DNA from: Cystobasidiomycetes sp. EMM_F5
Lineage: Eukaryota
Direction: 5' to 3'
Assembly (NCBI GenBank): GCA_051047955.1
Contig: JBPGPT010000004.1
Location: 682,001 to 746,000 of the forward strand
DNA length: 64,000 nucleotides
Translations under genes and position numbers: made by a program
In this document: piece after piece, positions 14,222-25,068 of the stretch
How the letters are laid out: each line of letters opens with the position of its first letter
How positions within the stretch are numbered: position 1 is the first letter of the stretch
Notes under the pieces: generated by a model
What the model was told of the DNA's origin: nothing
Databases searched by the model: none
What the model saw: the letters and a program-made list of their open reading frames with translations, nothing else

Positions 14222-15272
14222 TGCAAGGTGTTTCAAGTTGTGTCCTGAGTTGGCAGGCTATCCTTGGGCAATGTTTGTTAACGGAGAACTATGAAATTGG
14301 TCAGCCACCTTGAATGGAAACGCAAGCATGAGGACATACTACACTTCAGCCTTTGCGTCACCCATCGTTAGGCATCGGCCTAGCTGGACTTCACCGTTTA
14401 CCAATCGTCTTCGGGGGATTGCGTTGCATGGCTCGTCATTGTTGATGCAAGATTGACAGTCTCGCGCTCTTGGTGCATCGGCTCCGCACAATCTATTATC
14501 GTTCTCCATTCTTCTATGACGTGATTGCACTTTCACGCCGTCTGAGCGGGATTTTGGGCCGTTTTCGGGATGTCTATGATCGCGAGACAAAAGATTACAG
14601 CAGCCAAGATTAGCAAAACGTGGAGAGAGCAGTTGGTTATGGCTTACTAGCTTTTGCGTTCTGTATGTACGAAATCACAAGACAAGGAGCTTCGCGAAGA
14701 GAATCGAAGCTCCCACAGGCGTAGGATACAGACTTGGAGTATCCAAAGTGATTGCGGGATAAGACGGACTTGGGCAGACCAGTCGGATCAGCTCGTCTCC
14801 ATCGATGAAGATGTCGTGTGGTAGCCGAGATCGATTCATCTATACACTGTCCACATGCAACGCAGCGACTGCGGGTAGACGCGTCGATGGATTATTGCTT
14901 TTTTGGAATGATTAGAAGAGGTGGAGATGGGTTGGCATTTGTCAGTAGATGAGTGCGCAGCATCAATCTCCGCCTGGACGTGGGTGTATGCATGTTATTC
15001 ATGCAACCTTCTCGGATGACATCAGCTGCGGTAACGAGGCTGGATGTGCTAATCTGCCAGCCATGTCAGCAGTCGTTAATAACAACCTGTCAGCATGTTG
15101 CCTTGAATGTTATTGATGCTCCCTTACTGCTCGTCGTTTAAGTTGATTACTATTCACTAGCTCATCAGTTCATCTCTGACAAAGTCGGCGCATCTCTCAA
15201 TCTCGAATCAATCAAACACAAACACATATTGAAACAAGCAACACTGGCGACACAGGACTAGCTGTCCCCAAC

Positions 15273-18127
15273 ATGCTCAACTTCTGGCAGGCCAGCAAGC
15301 GAGACGGGGGCGAGACGACACCGAGAGCTTCAACGGTGGGCGAGCGAAACCCGTTTGAAGCGAGTCTGGCTGCGACGGCGTCGATGGGATCCAAGGGCAA
15401 TAGCAATCACTCGCGCAAGAACAGCGCTGCCTCGCTGCACCACTATGGCGGGGTTAGCGCTGCCTCGTCGGCCGTAGGGAGCAGCCATGTCCCGTCTGGA
15501 CTGCGGACACCAACCCTGCAAAAGACGTTTGCATTGAATCCTGAAGCGTCAACAGTAACGGCAACAGGATCGCATATTGCCAGAGACGCTTCAACGTCGG
15601 CAGCGAGCATGCTGTCGAGTCCGCATACGAGAATTCAGTCGGGGGATCATGCAGGCGGCCATCACGTAGGCAGTGCAAACAGGCCGCAAACTCCGGTACG
15701 ACAGGCTTCGCACAACATGGCAAACCCGTATCCTTCGTCGTCGTCGTCGTCTTCGCAAACGGCGCCCGGTTCGCCAAAGATTGGACCCAGCATACCCGCT
15801 TCCTCTAGCAAGCCAAGCCTGTCATCGCAGTTGTCCCACTCGCATCTCCCACCGTCTACTAAAGTATCGCCTCCACACGGCCAGCAGTCTAGCACTACGA
15901 TAAGCCATGCTGCTGCTTCCTCCGTTAAGACCGGTTCTACTGGATCCACCCGGTCAAACTTGTCCAATTCTTCATCCGCAACGTCAGCATCCGCCTCGTC
16001 GAATGCAACGGCCGCTCAGACGCCCGCCTCTAGCCCTTCCACATCACGCGCAAACAGCACAAACGCTGGAGGTAGCAGCACTGCAAACAATGACAATATC
16101 AACACCAGCAGCGCCTCCACCTCGACGCTTTCGTCATCGGCTACAACTGCGCGCGCAGCAGGGCCATCCTCAACCGAACCTACAAACGTCGCAACATCTT
16201 CATCAAGCGCATCCAATAGCATGTCTATTACACGCAAACCAAACACCTCTCACCACACTCCCCTCCGCGGCAAACTGACTGTGAAAATCATGGAAGCGCG
16301 CAACATCAGCGCTACTGATCCGTACTCCCGTCCCTATGTCGTAGCTACATTTGAGCAAAACGAATTTGTGTCGCGTGAAGCGATAACCGAGGAAGATGAT
16401 GTACAGGATGCGGTAGGGCAGCCGACGTCGAGATCGGAATCGTCAAATAGAGCAAACGCTTCGAGGTCGTCAAGCAGAGGAAACGGAACGCGTACACCGA
16501 CAGAAGAAAAGAGGGGTAGATCACCAGATGCAATGGATATTGCATCAAGTGCTGGTCCGGCTTATAACCCCGTGTGGAAGCACGAAGTGACATTGTGGGT
16601 TGTACAACAAGTATTGTCAGTTGTGAGTATGCTAATATGTGCTCATGTTCACAGCGACGCTACTACCGATGGGACGGCCGTGACCGTGTGCATATACGAG
16701 CGGATAGACGGACAAATGATAGAAGCCTTCCTGGGAATGGTAGATATCGACCCAAACTTTGTGCATGGCTGGAATGTGGATGAGTGGTACGCTCTAAGAC
16801 CTCGACAAGATGAGCCTGTTACTGGGGATGTTCGTGTCCGTATGCGATTCGACAAGAATGAGGTAAGCAACACGACGGCGACTTGTGGTGGCTACATGAC
16901 GCTGAGACCATGACTTTATAATAGACACGTCGAAGTTTGCGTGCTTCGGATTTTGAATTTTTGCGCATGATTGGTAAAGGCACATTTGGACGCGTATTTC
17001 AGGTGCGCAAAAAGGACACGAAGCGGATATACGCCATGAAGGTACTCAGCAAGCGAGAGATTATCGCAAAGAAGGAAGTGCAGCATACCATTGGCGAACG
17101 CAAGATTTTACAGCGATCATCAGAATGCCCATTCCTGCTGGGTCTCAAGTTTTCATTCCAATCGGAAACGGAACTCTTCCTCGTCATGGATTTCAAATCT
17201 GGAGGAGAGCTGTTTCATCATCTTCAGCGTGAAGGTCGCTTTACTGAAGAAAGAGCTCGCTTCTACGCTGCGGAAATTACGCTCGCCTTTGAATACCTCC
17301 ATAAATATAATATCGTTTACCGTGATCTCAAGCCCGAGAACATCCTCCTAGACGCTACTGGGCACATCGTGCTCTGTGACTTTGGGCTGTCTAAACCCGA
17401 TCTACCCAGTAACGCCCTCACAAATACGTTCTGCGGAACGACAGAATACCTCGCGCCGGAAGTCCTGCTGGATGATCACGGCTACTCACAGACTGTGGAC
17501 TTTTGGTCACTCGGCGTACTCCTCTTCGAGATGTGTTGCGGATGGAGTCCATTCTACGCAGAAGATACACAGCAAATGTACAAGAATATCTGCTTTGGCA
17601 AGATCAAATTCCCACGAGGCGTCATTGGCGATGATGGCAAGCAGTTTGTCAAGGGCTTGTTGAATCGTAACCCCGCTCATCGTCTCGGTTCGAAACGAGA
17701 TGCGGGCGAACTGAAGGAACACCCCTTCTTCAAAATGATTGACTGGGAGGCTCTGGCGGCGAGACAGGTTTCGGTGCCATTCAAGCCATACGTCGAGTCT
17801 GATGAGAGCGTATCGAATTTCGACCCAGAATTCACCGAGGCGGACATTTTACGAGAGGCGCCAGTAGATTCAGGCGCGTACTATGAGAACGATGATCCAG
17901 CGGGTGGTCCGCAATGGCTAGGTGATGGGGATGGCAGGCCAGCGCCAGTATCTATCAACCCGAGTCGAAACAGGACGGTTGGCTTTGGTCCACTCGATGA
18001 ACAAGCTCAAGATGCGTTCCGAGGATTTTCGTATTCTGGAGATCTTGATCTGCATGAGCTCATGACGCAGGCTAGCATGTCGGATGAACCTCCTCGACGG
18101 ACCATCTCCCGTCAAATGGAAGATTAG
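15273..18127 (+). CDS. SCH9: AGC Ser/Thr kinase Sch9/Sck1 with C2 domain
   Basis: Ser/Thr-rich N-terminus, C2 domain (GKLTVKIMEARN..PYVVATFEQNEF..YNPVWKHEVT), GKGTFG, YRDLKPEN, DFGLSK, TFCGTTEYLAPEVLLDDHGY, hydrophobic motif FRGFSY. Introns near 16596-16655 and 16863-16924. Confidence 0.93.
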
Positions 18128-18763
18128 CCGGAGCCGTATGACTTTCGTATTCGGTCTTTTCTGTTCAGTCTCCTCGGTCTTCGCTCCTTCTGCAGTCTGG
18201 TCGTTTGAACGTGGTCTCGTCATTCGATTCGGGAAATGACAAACGGACACTCATTATGATTTCTGAAAGCTCGGCTCAGCCTGGGCAACGAAAGCTGTAA
18301 CATATGCGGAACCCTGGTCGAACCTTTCTGGCCTTGGCTTCTAAGGGCATTTAGCACCAAGTGGATGCAACCTGATGCCGGCTCTAGCCCGGCCTGTTGA
18401 AGACATACGCGGTAAGAGGAAGATTTGGAGACCCCGCCTCGATAGCATGTTCTTTCGCACATCTGATCTTGAGGACCTGCAATACCTGAAGCCTGTTCTC
18501 CATTGTCGGCGAGACACAAGAGTCCAATGTAGGATAGCGAGCAAAGCGTGAATAAGCCTTGGCCGTTCATGTCATGATTTGTATACTTTGCGATTACAAG
18601 CCGGATGAGCGAGTCAGGCCTTTGACCATTTTGAACTCCGACCGACCAGCTCGAAGCCCGCTTTCGAGTTCTTTATCTTCTGCGATACTACCGACAATAT
18701 GTACGGAGAACAACCACTGAAGGAAGATAATGAAAAGCTGAATTGCCTTCGTCTGGTCTCATC

Positions 18764-20352
18764 ATGGATAGGAACGGCCACATCAATGGAAGTGCAGCAA
18801 ACACCGTCATGCCGTCGGATAAAGTAGACTGGCCTAATCTCAAGTTTGCGCTGGCTCCAGTCAATGCGCACGTCCAGTATACGTGGGTGCGTCAATGTCG
18901 GAAAGAGATGGAGCCGGAAGTAGTCTGGCAATGGAATGGGCTGATTGGGAATCAAACATTACAGAAAGACGGACAGTGGGGCAAGGCTCAGCTCGTGAAT
19001 GAGCCGTACGTCAAGCTGCACGTCGGAAGTGTCGCTCTCAATTATGGCCAGTCGGTGAGTCAGGCAGTGACCGGCTTGGAGAGATTGGTAGAGCTTAGAT
19101 AATTGTATGCAGGTCTTCGAAGGCGTAAGCTATCTAATTCTACCTCTACCTTTTACTTCCTAATTTCTAATCAATACGCCTCGTACCGCCCTGTCCCCGC
19201 CAGATGAAAGCCTACAGACACGAAGACAATAGTGTACGATTGTTCAGGCCATGGGAGAACTCTGCACGCATCAATCACTCGGCTGCCACAGTCTGCATGC
19301 CTCCCATCCCAGAGGAGATGTTCTTGGAAGCATGCAGGCTGTGCGTAGCTGCAAACCTGGAGTTTGTGCCGCCGTACGGTCATCACGGCTCAAAGGGCGC
19401 GATGTACCTTCGCCCGCTCTACTTTGGTAGCGGAGAACTCTTACAACTGGACCCGCCATCGGAGTTTACATTGTACGCTTTATGTTTATGCGAGCCTAAT
19501 ACTCGGCTAGTGCCGTGCACTCGCATTCTGTCTAACGCGTTCGTCATCCCCAGTGTCATTTGGTGTACACCCGCTGGCTCATTGTATGGATCTGCCGGGA
19601 CGAGCGCACCAGGTGTAGCAGCCCTTGTACTCGAAGACTTTGACAGATCTGCACCAAAAGGTACAGGTTCCGCGAAATTGGCTGGCAACTATGCACCGTA
19701 AGTCGCGACAGTCTTGAGAATTGTCTATAAGCATGTCGCTGACGCTTCGTCACAGGGTGTTTGCGCATACCGCCGCGGCCAAGAAGGCCGGTTATCCCAT
19801 CACTTTACATCTCGATAGCGGTATGTCCATATTTGCACACAGTCGTATAACACAGCAGTGTTGATACCAGTGCACTGTGTCCTAGCGACCCGAACTTTTG
19901 TCGATGAGTTCTCAACTTCGAATTGTCTATTGATTAAATACGCCAATGGCCAGGACACACCAGAGGCTGATCGCCTCAAGGGTGTCACACTGTACGTACC
20001 GGAATCACCGTCCATCCTCAAGAGCGTGACGACAAAAAGTATCGCCGAGATTGCAAAGAAGGCATTTGGCTGGAATGTAGTTGTCGGTCCTGTACCGTTT
20101 GCGGACGTCAAGGCTGGTCAGTTTGACGAGGTTGCAGCAGCGGGCACAGCAGCAGTCATTACGCCTGTTTCATCCATCTCGTACACGACATCATCAGCCT
20201 CGACAGGCATCACGCGCATCCCCGTTGGAGACGGCAAGACTGCAGGGCCGGCGTTCCTTGCGCTCATGAAGCATCTGTGCGGCATCCAGTCGGGTGACAT
20301 ACAGGATGACTTTGGCTGGATGTGGCCAAAGGAGGGTGTCCAGAAGCAGTAG
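18764..20352 (+). CDS. Branched-chain amino acid aminotransferase (class IV PLP), multi-exon with a 12-nt microexon
   Basis: LNYGQS|VFEG|MKAYR (microexon 19113-19124), LFRPWENSARI, MYLRPLYFG, PLP-lysine region SAKLAGNYAP, TLHLDS|ATRTFVDEFSTSN, ILKSVT, AAGTAAVITPV. Confidence 0.93.
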
Positions 20353-20654
20353 AGGCAGCGTATGCCGACCAAGGATTCCAAGAAAAAGGAGGCGGCCGTC
20401 GCTGTCAGTCTCCGTTTGCGTGTGTTTCAGTTGACCGAGATGTATCCCAACTGTTATACGTTGCAGCATCGCTCCATACAAGCTGTCAGCATCTCGCCCA
20501 TCCATAGCTTTTGAGTCTCGACTGCCAGATCCGGTCATCCGCTTTCGGGCCTGCCTTTCGACGGTCGCATCGCCCAGTCTTGAGCTTCCAACGCAACTTC
20601 TGTCCACAGAAATATCCTCCCCACACTGGACACGCCGTCGCTCCCTCGCTCGAG

Positions 20655-22982
20655 ATGTCGTCTGACTGGGGCGAGATTCGCAGACAGCGCCCATATACCG
20701 TTCATCGCATTCCGGCCTTGGGACCCGATGTGGACGCTGGAGCGCACATAACAGCCCTGTTTGCACAGTCTGGAGGGTCGACGTGCGTCCTTCTCGCCCA
20801 GGGATGCCATTACAACCTCTTTACAGTCATCCGGATGGCCGAGGACAACCAGGAGATTGCGACAGAGGGATATCCTACCGACAATGCGCTCAAGGCGACC
20901 CTGTACACCCGAGGAGAGAATGAAGCTACTGCAATCAATGGACACAACAAAGAAAATATAGCCATCAAGAATCTCATCGTCGACGGGTGCCGAGAAGAGT
21001 ATGGATGGCTAGCCGGTGCGGGAGAGCTGACGATTGTCGGAGGATGGGACGCCAAGGACCCCGTCATTGAACACTGCGTCCTCAAGCACCCGAGGGGTTG
21101 GACATGCTGCCATCTCCTCGACGGCTCGCAAGGCGGGAGAATTGTCGATAATGAGGTCGGGCCGAGCGGAAGCCCTCCTCCAGAGGGACCTTGGGCAGAT
21201 GGTCTCTCGATAGCTTGCAGGAATGGTCTGATTGTAGGTCTTGGTCCAATCACGTCGACATTTTGGCTTACCAGCTGACGTAATTTTCTTGCACGTAAGG
21301 CTGGTAACGTCATTACTGATGCGACAGACGGAGCTATCGTCGTCGTAAGGTTACTCGTTGTTTGAAGGTTTATGTAGCTGACCCAGATCATCTGCACAGT
21401 TTTGCGCGCCCGGCACAACAGTCGTTGACAATACCATCATCGCTCGCACACGCAATGGCCTCGGCGGTATCAACCTAGTCGACGCTTTTCCGTTTGAAGG
21501 CAACTACACCGATACAAGAATATACAACAATCGCATACTGACCGAAGGCGCATTTATCCATCTTGCAATGTAAGCAGCATTCCTGCTAATGAAGCTGGCA
21601 GCTGAGCTCACTGTGTCGGTTTGTAGTGGTATTGGCCAGCGCTGTTGGGGAGACGAGCACGATGTCCAGAATTACGGAGGCATTGTCAAGGACAAGCAAG
21701 TCTCTCACACGCATTACAGAATATGGCTGTAAGCTGACATCTAGCTTCAAATTTAGCCTCATAGGTCCAGGCAGGTTTGGCTACGGGATCGCAGCAGGCT
21801 CGTGCAAAGACTTTGTAGTTCTGTCCAATAGGATAGCAGAAGGAACAGTCTTTGCTGGGTCCATGGAGCGAATCGAAGAAGTATCTCCGCCTTGTCCGTT
21901 TCTACGCATCGACGATGGGTTTGCGAGCGGAACCTTTCAGTCCGAGTTTGTCGAAGGCCCCGTTCGATATCTTATCGGCGTATTCGACAGAAAAGGCAAG
22001 TCGGTGCGATACCACTCTGGTGCTCTGGACTGGCGGGCCGGACCGCGTTCTGATGAACGCACGCAACATGGAGTCGAGCTGCAGGACGTCACATGGGAGC
22101 TTACCCCGGAAGGCCGACTGCTTGTATGGGATCAACATACGCCCGGCCGAGTCTTGTGGGACAGTGCGGGACATACCAGACAGCGCCGACTGAGCTTGCC
22201 CAGATCGCCCGATCAGAACAGCCACGTCCGGCTGGAACTCGTCAAGAAGACAGGATCGCTGCGGATAATATCGATACCCACCGCCATCTCGGAAAACAAA
22301 GCCGACAATGAATCGATTGCGCCCGAGGCGGTCATATGGGAGCCCATGAAACCCTTGCTGGAATTAGGGTATACATGCCCATCGGCCGACCCGTTCCTGA
22401 CGCTGCGCGATCACGAACCCTTCTTGACAGTTTCTGATGGACTGAACACGCTCTGGTCAAGTCAGAACGAATGGCGACAGTTTGAGCTTTTCCCTGGCTG
22501 CTTCATCTGTGCATGTCCGCCAACTGGACGGCACGAAGGCGGTATGCATACCGTCATGGACGCTTTGCATCTAGACGCGCACGACGCTTCAAACGCCTCT
22601 ACCAAGCCGGTATTCCTCTGGCTTGATCCTGAAACATCGGAACTGGTTTTGCATTCATCCAACCATCCTCAGAATCCGGACCATCAGAGTACGATCTGGC
22701 GATCACCCAATTGGAAGAAGACAAAAGCAGAGAAAGCCGTGCTGCAAACGTGTGTTCCACTTTACTTCGGCTTCCACAAGGGTGCCAGTAACTAAAGAGT
22801 ATTCGTGTCTTTCCAGCGACAGCAATTTTGTCATATATTCGAAGAGCGAGGGCGCTGTGTGGGCTTCCGGGACAAATGCGTCCGATAGATTGGTGGACAG
22901 GGTAGCTATCTCTATGTCTGGCTCGAAGCCGGCACTTGAACTGCGCAATGGTGGTAAGGTAGTCTGGAGCAGTAGGGCGTAG
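20655..22982 (+). CDS. Right-handed beta-helix (pectin-lyase-fold) protein with C-terminal bulb-type (GNA) lectin-like repeats, no signal peptide
   Basis: PbH-like repeats (IKNLIVDG, IVDNEVGP, WADGLSIAC, AGNVITDATDGAIVV|FCAPGTTVVDNTII, GGINLVD). C-terminal VLQT|DSNFVIYSKSEGAVWASGT. Includes a GC-AG intron at 21696-21756. Confidence 0.75.
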
Positions 22983-23306
22983 AATCAGGTCAGGTCGTCT
23001 TGGTGTCCACGCAGTATTTCCACATGCGGTTACTTTAGCATGCATGTTATGCTAAACTTCGACTGTCGTCTTACCGAAAAGCAGTGTTTGATATTGTTTT
23101 GAACGTCTTTGTTTATTACTGTATGCCTTCAACCTGTCTCGATAGATACCAACCCGATTTTGAACAATGAACGCTATGGAGTTAGGCAGCTACCTTACAC
23201 ATTACACATGATGCAGGCAGACCATGCCCTAAGATGCACATAGTCTAGGCTGTCCGCGGAAACCAGACAAAATACGCGCCCTGCAGCAATCAAAACAAAC
23301 GACAAC

Positions 23307-24791
23307 ATGTCTGGCAATCTGGTAGCTCACCACGGTACTGCGACTTGCCTCTCGGGACCGAGTGTCCAAGTCCCGCCTTCCCATCGTTCCGTCCGAAAAA
23401 TGAACAGCTTGTCGAGCTTGGCCTCTCCGCCAACAACACCCAGAAGTTTGCGCTGGGGGAATGGCTTTGGGGACACGCTCCGTTCTGCAAGTACATCGTA
23501 CGCGCTCCACGAATACGCTCAGATGAAAGATGCGAGCTCATCGGATCTGCCAGCCATGGACGAGGAAGACCGGTTCACTCAAATGCCGTCACCGCTGCTT
23601 TCTCACAGAGAGCGGTACAGAGCGCGAAGTAGTTCTATATCCACATCCACATCCATCAGGAAGCGCAAAAGTCTGGCTAGTCTGCACAATACGCCAGCCA
23701 TGCCGTCCCCGCCCACGTTCATTCTTGCGGAGCACACTCCGTCGTTGACTTCGACATTGACGTATGGGCAGCCTAATCTGTCAGTCATGACTTTGGACAC
23801 GCCGCCTATATCTACCAGACGGACGAGCCTGTCTCCACGGACTCATGTGCTGCTGGATGGCAGACGACTGTCGCGCAGACACATCGAAGCGAGTCGCCGA
23901 TCTGCGAAGGAGGCGCTGGAAGAAGATTTGCGAGCTCGACACTTGTCTCAACAAGGCAGTCCGACGAGCGACGATTACGCTTGTGAGTTGGCATTTTCAT
24001 GCACATGGCGCGTGAGGACTCTGAGGAGAGACGCTTCCCTAGTGGACTGCTACTTCACCTCGCTTGACTATCTTCTCAAAGCCGTCAAGGTGGAGATTGG
24101 CGACAGCGACCACGAAGAACGTACAAGGCGTGCTATGCGGGCACGACTACAAGCCGCAGTCGATTCGCTTACGAGACCTGAAGATTTGCCGCCGGCTAGA
24201 CCAGACCTTGGTTCGATCTACGATCCATTGCGCGTGTCCCAGCTCGGCGAATCTCTCTGGCGCTCTTGCTCATCTGGCACTACCTCGACCCCTTCCCAGA
24301 GTAGCACTTTTACTTCCCACGATAACCTCTCTCTGCGCGAGCTTTGCTTAATGATCGCTTTGGCTGGATCTCTTGCTGCATGGTACCGACAAAGCGTAAT
24401 CATGCCAACTTGTATACTGGCAGCCGTTCTAGGTGTCTCACTTCTCGTCTCCCGACACCAGGTGAGGAATGACACATCAAAAACAAGCCTTGGTCGCGGC
24501 CCTCAATCATCCGTGCAACCTACGCCTGCAAGCGTACAAGCTGAACCAGGCATTGATGCTCCGCTAGTCATGCCCCGCTTCGATGATGTATTGCTCGGTC
24601 CACCGCTCATCCCTCCTTCTCCTCTGGATCAGCTCTACACGCCGAGTCTGTCATACTCGCTGTCTAGCAATTCTTCAACTACTTTTGCGTCTTCTGCGTC
24701 GTATGGCTCCGCCTTACCGGTGACATCTACGGATTCTGATAAGCCTACCTTGAGCGATTCGCTGGCGGCGGCGTTCCCTCTCTCGGCGTGA
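23307..24791 (+). CDS. Hypothetical Ser-rich protein with two predicted TM helices, intronless
   Basis: 494-codon ORF. Hydrophobic segments LCLMIALAGSLAAWY and VIMPTCILAAVLGVSLLV. No family recognised. Confidence 0.65.
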   Translation: MSGNLVAHHGTATCLSGPSVQVPPSHRSVRKMNSLSSLASPPTTPRSLRWGNGFGDTLRSASTSYALHEYAQMKDASSSDLPAMDEEDRFTQMPSPLLSHRERYRARSSSISTSTSIRKRKSLASLHNTPAMPSPPTFILAEHTPSLTSTLTYGQPNLSVMTLDTPPISTRRTSLSPRTHVLLDGRRLSRRHIEASRRSAKEALEEDLRARHLSQQGSPTSDDYACELAFSCTWRVRTLRRDASLVDCYFTSLDYLLKAVKVEIGDSDHEERTRRAMRARLQAAVDSLTRPEDLPPARPDLGSIYDPLRVSQLGESLWRSCSSGTTSTPSQSSTFTSHDNLSLRELCLMIALAGSLAAWYRQSVIMPTCILAAVLGVSLLVSRHQVRNDTSKTSLGRGPQSSVQPTPASVQAEPGIDAPLVMPRFDDVLLGPPLIPPSPLDQLYTPSLSYSLSSNSSTTFASSASYGSALPVTSTDSDKPTLSDSLAAAFPLSA

Positions 24792-25068
24792 GCTTCCTTA
24801 CTGATTGAGTGTTTATTACTCGGTATTGGGGTTTCGCGTAAATCTGTTTTCCTTAGCTCTATAGCCAGTGTAAGATAGCGTGTAGAGCACAATTGGCAGG
24901 CTAGCTATCCTCAAAAGAGAACTGAGGTCTGTTGCGACCTGACCATGAAGTCTGGCCCTGCAAACAATGAGAGGACTGCCATGAATGGACGTCCAAGACG
25001 TCGATAAGGATACTGCGCGGGCGTAGCTGAGGCCGTACGCCGTCGTCGCAGTCCATTGCAACGCAGCC

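Noticed and set aside
14686..14713. 9-bp inverted repeat GGAGCTTCG..CGAAGCTCC
   Set aside because: Short enough to arise by chance in 64 kb, with no supporting context.
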